DNA of 48,084 nucleotides from Elusimicrobiota bacterium (GTDB lineage Bacteria; Elusimicrobiota; Elusimicrobia; JACQPE01): NCBI GenBank assembly GCA_016207685.1, contig JACQPE010000068.1, positions 1 to 48,084 of the forward strand, read 5' to 3'. Shown piece by piece: positions 41,557 to 48,084 of this stretch (position 1 is its first letter; each line of letters starts with the position of its first letter). The notes under the pieces were generated by a model. It saw only the letters and a program-made list of their open reading frames with translations, ran no database searches and was not told where the DNA came from. The position numbers and the translations under genes were made by a program.

Positions 41557-42813
41557 ATGATCATTCAATCAGTTCGCGGCACTAGGGACATTTTGCCCCG
41601 GCTCTCCGAACAATTTGTCCGATTAGAAACTATTAGCCGGCAACAAGCCGCGCTTTGGGGATTTGGCGAAATCCGAACGCCGACATTTGAAAGCTTGTCC
41701 TTGTTCCAACGCGGCATCGGCGACACCACGGATATCGTGGAGAAAGAAATGTATGTTTTTGAAGATCGCGGCGGCCGTCAACTGGCCTTGCGGCCAGAAG
41801 GCACGGCCTCGGCCGTGCGCGCCTATATCGAACACCACCTCCACCATGAACATAAAACGATGCGGCTTTTTTATGTCGGCAGCATGTTCAGGGCGGAACG
41901 GCCCCAGGCCGGGCGTTACCGGGAATTTGAGCAAATCGGCTTTGAGCATTTTGGCGACCCCAGCGCCTTAGCTGACGCCGAGCTCATCATGCTCGCCATA
42001 AAAATCCTCATGAACTTTGGGATCAAACAAATTTCCTTAGGAGTCAACAGCGTCGGCTGCGCCAACTGCAGGGAACCTTTCAAAAACCAGCTCAAAGAAT
42101 CTCTGCGCGTGATCAGGGATAGCTTGTGCGAAGACTGCATCAGGCGTTATGAAAAAAATCCTTTGCGCTCGTTGGACTGCAAAATATGCTCCTCAATCGT
42201 GCGCGAGGCAGCCCCTAAATTTATCCTTTGCCCCGAATGTTCCGAGCACCATGGCCGTCTTTTTCAATTCCTCAATAGCAATAAGATCGAATTTCAAGAA
42301 GACAGCCGCCTGGTGCGGGGGCTTGATTATTACACGCGCACTGTCTATGAGATTGCCGTCGGCGGCCACGGCGCGCAAAACGCGATATGCGGCGGCGGCC
42401 GCTATGACCGGCTCGTGGAATCTTTGGGCGGCCCGCCGACACCGGCCACGGGTTTCGCCATTGGGGTGGACCGCGCTGTCGAGGCCGTTGCCGCAACGAA
42501 CTCCTTTCATGAGCGATCCGGCCCTGGCCTTCTTTGTTTAGTTCTGGCCGATGTCCAGGAAAACACCCAAACTTACGCTCTGCGTCTGGTCCAAGAGTTG
42601 CGATTGAAACAAATTGCGGTCACGCATTCGGGTCCCGAAGACAGCATGAAAAGCCAGCTCCGTCAAGCTTCAAAAGCAGGCGCTAATTTTGCTTTGATAA
42701 TCGGCGAACAAGAAACCATGAATCAGACCGCTATTTTAAAGAATTTAATAACTGGTGACCAGGCATCAATAGGCTATAACGACATTGAAAAGGCGCTAAA
42801 ACAATCAACATGA
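41557..42813 (+). CDS. hisS: Histidine--tRNA ligase
   Basis: Class II motifs: GTRDILP near the N-terminus, LRPEGTA, FRAERPQAGRYREFEQ and GGGRYD. 418 aa. Confidence 0.95.
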   Translation: MIIQSVRGTRDILPRLSEQFVRLETISRQQAALWGFGEIRTPTFESLSLFQRGIGDTTDIVEKEMYVFEDRGGRQLALRPEGTASAVRAYIEHHLHHEHKTMRLFYVGSMFRAERPQAGRYREFEQIGFEHFGDPSALADAELIMLAIKILMNFGIKQISLGVNSVGCANCREPFKNQLKESLRVIRDSLCEDCIRRYEKNPLRSLDCKICSSIVREAAPKFILCPECSEHHGRLFQFLNSNKIEFQEDSRLVRGLDYYTRTVYEIAVGGHGAQNAICGGGRYDRLVESLGGPPTPATGFAIGVDRAVEAVAATNSFHERSGPGLLCLVLADVQENTQTYALRLVQELRLKQIAVTHSGPEDSMKSQLRQASKAGANFALIIGEQETMNQTAILKNLITGDQASIGYNDIEKALKQST

Positions 42814-42830
42814 GGGGTTCCTAAATTTTT

Positions 42831-44582
42831 ATGTTCCGTACCCATTGCTGTGGTGAAATTGGCGAAACAATGGTCAATCAAGAGGTTCGACTCTGCGGCT
42901 GGGTTCATACCGTGCGCAACCACGGCGGCGTTATTTTTATTGATTTAAGAGACCGCAGCGGCATCGTTCAAATTGTCTGCCGCGAGCCGCAGTTAATTGC
43001 CGATGCCGAGAAATTGGGCCTCGAATACGTTTTGCAAATCACCGGACGTGTTGACAAAAGGCCCGCAGGTTCGGAAAATCTTGAAATTTTCACGGGCAAA
43101 GTCGAAATTATCGTTAAGGCGATTAATATTCTCAACACCTGCAAGACCTTGCCCTTCCCGGTGGACACTCATCAAGCCGAAGCCAACGAAGAAACTCGGT
43201 TGAAATACCGCTTTATTGATTTACGGCGGCCTAAAATGAGCCGGGCTCTGCAAAAACGTCATGAGTTTAACCTGGCGGTGCGGCAATTTCTTTCTCACGA
43301 AGGCTTTTGGGAAATTGAAACGCCGATTTTGACGCGCTCCACCCCGGAGGGCGCGCGCGATTATTTGGTGCCCTCGCGCCAGGCCCCGGGCGAATTTTAT
43401 GCACTGCCCCAATCGCCGCAAATTTTCAAGCAAATGCTCATGGTTTCCGGAGTAGAAAAATATTTCCAAATCGCGCGCTGCTTCCGCGATGAGGACCTGC
43501 GCGCCGACCGCCAGCCTGAATTCACTCAGATTGACCTTGAAATGAGTTTTGTCGATGAGGTTGATGTTTTAAGGCTGGTTGAACGGCTCATCAAGTCCAC
43601 ATTCAAATCTGTTTTTGACGTCGATTTGGAAATCCCATTCGATCAATACGCCTATGACGAAGTCATGTCTTTATATCAATCGGATAAGCCCGATCTGCGC
43701 TATAAATCATTCCTGCGGCGCAAATTTGACGATCTATTTGCGCAAACGCAACTGCGTGTTCTTAAAAGCGCTCTTGAGTCCGGCAAAAGCATCTATGCAC
43801 TGACCATTCCCGAAGGGGCTCCGGCTGCGGCCCGCATGGAGCTCGACCGCAATGTCGCCGCAGCCAAGGCGTTCGGGGCTCAAGGTCTGATTTGGTTGAA
43901 GCGCAATGGTTCAACATGGGAATCCCCCATTGAAAAATATTTAAGCCCGACCGAACGCGCCGAGCTCCTTAAGCGAACCAATCCCAATGATTTGCTTCTC
44001 CTGTGCGCGGAAGAGGCGAACCTGGCGGATCGCGTCTTAAAGGAAATGCAGCGGCACTGGGCCGCGCTATTGAACATCAGGCCGGCGGCGCCTTTCGCCT
44101 TGGCTTGGGTTCATGGATTTCCTCTTCTCGAGTTTGTGGTTCAAGAAAAGCGCTGGCAAGCCACGCACAATCCCTTTACCGCCCCTCTTGAGAAAGACCG
44201 GCCGCTCTTAAAGACCGCGCCCGGTAAAGTTCGGTCGCATCAATATGATTTGATCATGAACGGCGTGGAGCTTGGCTCGGGCAGCATCCGCAATCACCAA
44301 AGCGACGCGCAGAAAGAACTCTTTGGTTTAATGGGGTATGATGAAGCGGGAGCCCAAGAGCGCTTCGGCTGGATGCTGGAGGCTCTGGCTCACGGCGCGC
44401 CGCCGCATGGCGGTATCGCTTTTGGAGTGGATCGGATCGTAGCCATGCTTTTAGGAGAAGAATCAATTAGGGAAGTGATTGCTTTCCCAAAGAATCAACG
44501 GGGAATCTGCCCTTTTTCCGAAGCCCCCGCGCCTGTGGAATTTCAACAATTAAAGGAATTGGGACTTAAACTTGCCTATTAG
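42831..44582 (+). CDS. aspS: Aspartate--tRNA ligase (bacterial type)
   Basis: MFRTHCCGEI...GWVHTVRNHGGVIFIDLRD OB-fold. Further blocks FRDEDLRADRQPEFTQID, QYDLIMNGVELGSGSIR and GGIAFGVDR. 583 aa, includes the bacterial insertion domain. Confidence 0.95.
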   Translation: MFRTHCCGEIGETMVNQEVRLCGWVHTVRNHGGVIFIDLRDRSGIVQIVCREPQLIADAEKLGLEYVLQITGRVDKRPAGSENLEIFTGKVEIIVKAINILNTCKTLPFPVDTHQAEANEETRLKYRFIDLRRPKMSRALQKRHEFNLAVRQFLSHEGFWEIETPILTRSTPEGARDYLVPSRQAPGEFYALPQSPQIFKQMLMVSGVEKYFQIARCFRDEDLRADRQPEFTQIDLEMSFVDEVDVLRLVERLIKSTFKSVFDVDLEIPFDQYAYDEVMSLYQSDKPDLRYKSFLRRKFDDLFAQTQLRVLKSALESGKSIYALTIPEGAPAAARMELDRNVAAAKAFGAQGLIWLKRNGSTWESPIEKYLSPTERAELLKRTNPNDLLLLCAEEANLADRVLKEMQRHWAALLNIRPAAPFALAWVHGFPLLEFVVQEKRWQATHNPFTAPLEKDRPLLKTAPGKVRSHQYDLIMNGVELGSGSIRNHQSDAQKELFGLMGYDEAGAQERFGWMLEALAHGAPPHGGIAFGVDRIVAMLLGEESIREVIAFPKNQRGICPFSEAPAPVEFQQLKELGLKLAY

Positions 44583-45534
44583 AAAAATTAAGGTTGAGAA
44601 CACGGACCATGCCATGGCTCTTTTTGGCCATGATGACCGGAATTTAGAACTTTTGGAAAAACGCTTCAAGGTCCACGCCTATATCAAACGCGAACAAGCG
44701 ACAGGGGACATCGCCCTGATCCTGCGGGGATCAAAGAAAAAAATTGACAAGGCAACGGAATATCTAAGCAATATCACCCAGCCGGAATACGTTGCCGGCA
44801 ATGCGAAAATCCCGATGGAGTATGCTTTGGAGACGAACCATCGCAAGACCATTGAGATACCGGGTTCTATTATCACGACCTATGCCAACAAGACCATTAT
44901 CCCTCAAACACCCAATCAGGCCGCCTATATCCGCGCCATTGAAGAAAACGATATCGTCGTGAGCATCGGTCCTGCGGGCACGGGCAAAACATATTTGGCT
45001 GTGGCTTATGCCTTGCGATGTCTTAAAAATCAACAGGTCTCGCGCATTGTGCTGACAAGACCCGTGGTTGAGGCTGGAGAAAAACTGGGATTTTTACCGG
45101 GTGATCTCTATGAAAAGCTTTACCCCTATCTTAAACCGCTTTATGATGCGCTCTTTGTCATGTTGGGCGCGGAAAAATTTAAAGCATTGCAAACCACGGA
45201 AACCATTGAAATCATCCCCTTGGCGTATATGCGCGGGCGCACCATTGATAACGCGTTTATCATTTTGGATGAGGCTCAAAACACGACCATGGGCCAAATG
45301 AAAATGTTTCTCACGCGCATGGGCGCCGGCTCTAAAATCGTGGTAACGGGCGACGTGACGCAGATTGACTTGGAGAATAAAAATCTTTCCGGTCTTAGAA
45401 TGCTCGAAGAAATCCTGGAGGGAACCCCAGGATTGCGCTTTGTTCATTTGACCGAAGCCGACGTGGTTCGCCATCATATTGTCAAACGCATTATCCGCGC
45501 TTTTGAAGACTGGGAATCCCGAGCCTCAAAATGA
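44572..45534 (+). CDS. phoH: PhoH-like ATPase
   Basis: Walker A GPAGTGKTYLAV and Walker B FIILDEAQNTT. 320 aa. The TTG start overlaps the aspS stop. Precedes ybeY as in many bacteria. Confidence 0.88.
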   Translation: MPIRKIKVENTDHAMALFGHDDRNLELLEKRFKVHAYIKREQATGDIALILRGSKKKIDKATEYLSNITQPEYVAGNAKIPMEYALETNHRKTIEIPGSIITTYANKTIIPQTPNQAAYIRAIEENDIVVSIGPAGTGKTYLAVAYALRCLKNQQVSRIVLTRPVVEAGEKLGFLPGDLYEKLYPYLKPLYDALFVMLGAEKFKALQTTETIEIIPLAYMRGRTIDNAFIILDEAQNTTMGQMKMFLTRMGAGSKIVVTGDVTQIDLENKNLSGLRMLEEILEGTPGLRFVHLTEADVVRHHIVKRIIRAFEDWESRASK

Positions 45535-45558
45535 GCCGGCTTAAGGCCTCTTTCCCCA

Positions 45559-46026
45559 TTGATGCCTGAACGTTTGAAATTTATATTCCTGCGCGCCCAA
45601 AAAAAAATAACGCAGGCGCCAATCAAGCTCTCCCCAAAACATTATTTAATACAACATGTCCGCAAAGCCACCCAAATAACCCTACATATTGTTAAGAACC
45701 CAGCAGTCCCATTTAAAAGTAAGGAAATTTTAGTCGTTTTAACCGACGACCAGGGACTCAAAAGAGTCAAAGGCTTGCTGTGGGGTCAACCAGAAATTTC
45801 TGATGTGGTCAGCGTATCCTATGGGCAGCCGCCGTTGTGCGAAATCATAATCAATGAGGATCAGGCGCGCCGGCAAACCCCCTGGGGTTTGCAAGAAGAG
45901 ATACTCTTCCTTTATATACATGGACTTCTCCATATCTTGGGGTACGATGACAATACATTAAGCAAACGCTCCCTTATGTTATCTTTGGGGACTAAAATTC
46001 TTTATAAAACCTTACAATCTAGATAA
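45559..46026 (+). CDS. ybeY: Endoribonuclease YbeY (rRNA maturation)
   Basis: Zinc motif HGLLHILGYDD. About 155 aa. Conserved phoH-ybeY synteny. Confidence 0.9.
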   Translation: MMPERLKFIFLRAQKKITQAPIKLSPKHYLIQHVRKATQITLHIVKNPAVPFKSKEILVVLTDDQGLKRVKGLLWGQPEISDVVSVSYGQPPLCEIIINEDQARRQTPWGLQEEILFLYIHGLLHILGYDDNTLSKRSLMLSLGTKILYKTLQSR

Positions 46027-47042
46027 TGAACCCCGAAAATTTTTCTGCGCGCATTAAAAATTGCGCGCCTAATACTGAATTTGAACTTGTTGGGTTGTCC
46101 CCGGCTGCTCTTAATCCACAAGATGTAGCCTTCTGGAAACAATGGATTGTGGGTGATCATCACGGTGAAATGCGCTATCTTGAAAAATTTGCTCGCGAAT
46201 CTATTGTTCAATGGTTTCCAGAAGCCCGATCTGTCCTTCTTGTAGGATTAAAATACGCAGCGCCTTATCATGGACAAGCGGAAAAAAACCTTGCTCATGC
46301 AGCGCAGGAAAAACATGGACGAATTGCCAGTTACGCGCAATATCCGGATTATCATGTGGAAATGAAAAAAAGACTACAGAATGTGCTGGAACGGATCAAA
46401 GATATAGAGCCAAAAACGCAAGGAAAGATATTTGTGGATACGAGCCCGATTTTGGAACGATCCTACGCCCAACAAGCAAGTTTAGGCTGGATCGGTAAAA
46501 ACACCATGTTGATCAATAAAAAAGAAGGGTCGTATTTTTTTATCGGAGGAATCGCTTTAAATCTCGAACTGACACCCGATCAGCCCGACCCTATGTCGCA
46601 TTGCGGCACATGCACGCGCTGCATTGACGCCTGCCCGACTCAATGCCTGACACCCTATCATCTTAACGCTAACAATTGCATTTCGTATCTAACCATAGAA
46701 AAAAAGACCATGGAAACCAATCCGGGTCTGGCATCAAAAATGGGTTCTTGGATTTTCGGCTGTGATATCTGCCAAAGCGTCTGCCCTTTCAATAAACAAC
46801 AAAAAACAGCTAGGGATAAAAATGAAACTAAAGAACTAACTTTTTCAAACCCCGCGATCCCATCCGAAATCAACCTGGAAGAAATAAACCATTGGACCGA
46901 AAGCAACTACAGGGATCGCTTTAGAGGTTTTCCCATGGGGCGCGTTAAATGGCCGGCTTTTCTAAGAAACTGCCGCATTGCAGCAGAAAATTTAGAATCC
47001 CACCCCCGCCAATACCTGGTGATTAAATCCCATCGCCGCTAA
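46026..47042 (+). CDS. queG: Epoxyqueuosine reductase
   Basis: Two ferredoxin-type clusters, CGTCTRCIDACPT and CDICQSVCPF, plus the CISYLTIE block. 338 aa. The start overlaps the ybeY stop (TAATG). Confidence 0.88.
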   Translation: MNPENFSARIKNCAPNTEFELVGLSPAALNPQDVAFWKQWIVGDHHGEMRYLEKFARESIVQWFPEARSVLLVGLKYAAPYHGQAEKNLAHAAQEKHGRIASYAQYPDYHVEMKKRLQNVLERIKDIEPKTQGKIFVDTSPILERSYAQQASLGWIGKNTMLINKKEGSYFFIGGIALNLELTPDQPDPMSHCGTCTRCIDACPTQCLTPYHLNANNCISYLTIEKKTMETNPGLASKMGSWIFGCDICQSVCPFNKQQKTARDKNETKELTFSNPAIPSEINLEEINHWTESNYRDRFRGFPMGRVKWPAFLRNCRIAAENLESHPRQYLVIKSHRR

Positions 47043-47185
47043 GATAACTTTCAGTCTACCCCGCCGGTTGGGACTTGGCGCCCGGCATGACGTTGCGAAG
47101 CCGCACGCGCTTGTGGGGCAACCCTTTAATTCCGGAGACTGTTGACCTGACGCTCCTGCTGGATTGCGGGTCCATTGGGGCATTT

Positions 47186-48061
47186 TTAACCTGCTTTCTT
47201 TTGCAATTTCCACGCTTTAAGGGTGTTTGACAGGAGCATGGCGATGGTCATGGGGCCGACGCCGCCGGGAACCGGAGTGATGGCAGCGGCTTTGGCTGCA
47301 ACAGCGTCATAATCAACATCGCCGCAAAGTTTTCCATCGGGAAGTCTGTTAATGCCTACATCAATAACGCAAGCGCTTGCACGAACCATTTCGGCTTTGA
47401 CGAATCGAGGTTTGCCCATGGCAGCCACCACTAAATCCGCTTGTCGCAGAATTCCCTCTAAATTTTTGGTTTTCGAATGGCAAATGATCGTCGTTGCGTT
47501 TGAAATGGTGAGCAAATGCGCCATGGGTTTGCCCACGATGTTGGAACGGCCCAGAATGCAGGCCAACTTTCCGGCGCAAGAGAACCCGATGGATTCGAGC
47601 ATTTTTAAAACGCCAAAAGGCGTGCATGGAATAAAACAGGACTCCATCTCCACCAAAGACTTCGCCTGGAAAAACCGCCCCCAGTTGGCGATACCGAAGC
47701 CGTCCACGTCTTTTTCCAATGGCATGGCTTCAAAGATTTCGGACGGGTTCATTTGCGGCGGCAAAGGAAGCTGCACTAAAATACCGTGAACGTTGGGGTT
47801 GCGCCCTAAATCCGCCATCAGGCTCAAGAGTTGATCTTGGGGGGCTGAAACTGATAAATGATGGTCAGCGGCCGCCATTCCCACTTCCCTGCAAGCCTTA
47901 ATTTTGTTTCGCACATAAACCGCACTTGCCGGATCTTCGCCCACTAGAACCGTGGCCAGCCCGGGCGGTCCGGAGGCGCCTGATGAAAATTTTTTGACCT
48001 CGACTGCGATTTCTTGGCGAATTTTGGCCGCCAACGCCTTGCCGTCAATTATTAAGGCCAT
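47186..48061 (-). CDS. folD: Bifunctional methylenetetrahydrofolate dehydrogenase/cyclohydrolase
   Basis: MALIIDGKALAAKIRQEI N-terminus, YVRNKIKAC, GILVQLPLP, GRSNIVGKP and PVPGGVGPMT blocks. 291 aa. Confidence 0.95.
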   Translation of the reverse strand: MALIIDGKALAAKIRQEIAVEVKKFSSGASGPPGLATVLVGEDPASAVYVRNKIKACREVGMAAADHHLSVSAPQDQLLSLMADLGRNPNVHGILVQLPLPPQMNPSEIFEAMPLEKDVDGFGIANWGRFFQAKSLVEMESCFIPCTPFGVLKMLESIGFSCAGKLACILGRSNIVGKPMAHLLTISNATTIICHSKTKNLEGILRQADLVVAAMGKPRFVKAEMVRASACVIDVGINRLPDGKLCGDVDYDAVAAKAAAITPVPGGVGPMTIAMLLSNTLKAWKLQKKAG

Positions 48062-48084
48062 TAAAATAGTTCCTAGTTCCGAGT

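Noticed and set aside
47043-47185. SRP (4.5S) RNA-like words on the minus strand (CCCGCAA, GUCAGGUC, GCCGGG) in the queG/folD convergent spacer, and the 73-aa ORF 46992-47213.
   Set aside because: The defining GGAAGG-AGCA / GNRA-capped helix 8 motif is missing, and I could not build a long hairpin. The ORF is Arg/Pro/Gly-rich, overlaps both neighbouring gene ends and has no SD. The spacer probably only holds weak terminator hairpins.

Overview
This 48-kb window looks like it comes from an uncultivated Gram-negative bacterium; the taxon cannot be fixed from sequence alone. All product calls rest on motifs I recognise by eye, with no database search.

About 36 protein genes are tightly packed, with many start/stop overlaps and no rRNA, tRNA, CRISPR array, transposase or integrase. 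Most are housekeeping:
- purB, obg, rpmA and rplU
- an M24 Xaa-Pro peptidase and an M16 peptidase
- addB and addA
- rnhB, a gamma-carbonic-anhydrase-like protein and an HhH-GPD glycosylase
- udk, holB, tmk and wecB
- hisS, aspS, phoH, ybeY, queG and folD

Four areas are not housekeeping:
1. **61-6198:** a four-gene plus-strand module of unrecognisable proteins. It has one 997-aa protein, one secreted protein and two membrane proteins.
2. **29150-29665:** a 516-bp convergent spacer holding a ~346-nt element. The element is closed by a perfect 16-bp long-range helix, has well-nested internal helices, and contains a 37-codon ORF behind the best Shine-Dalgarno in the window. I read it as a candidate novel structured RNA, a small-protein gene or a MITE.
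3. **32521-40670:** a minus-strand exoprotein island. It encodes a 1514-aa thermolysin-like metalloprotease carrying a CUB-like domain and a delta-60-type propeller ahead of its HExxH domain and ending in a FlgD-Ig/T9SS-like C-terminal domain, then a subtilase, then a PorV/PorQ-like outer-membrane protein. A Crp/Fnr regulator is transcribed divergently.
4. **Dispersed:** locus-specific 7-8-nt tandem stutter arrays recur in spacers and 5'-proximal coding sequence. Two sit right behind candidate start codons of the PorV-like gene and one lies inside wecB, so they could act as slipped-strand phase switches.

I rank the structured element, the protease/PorV island and the stutter arrays as most worth follow-up.
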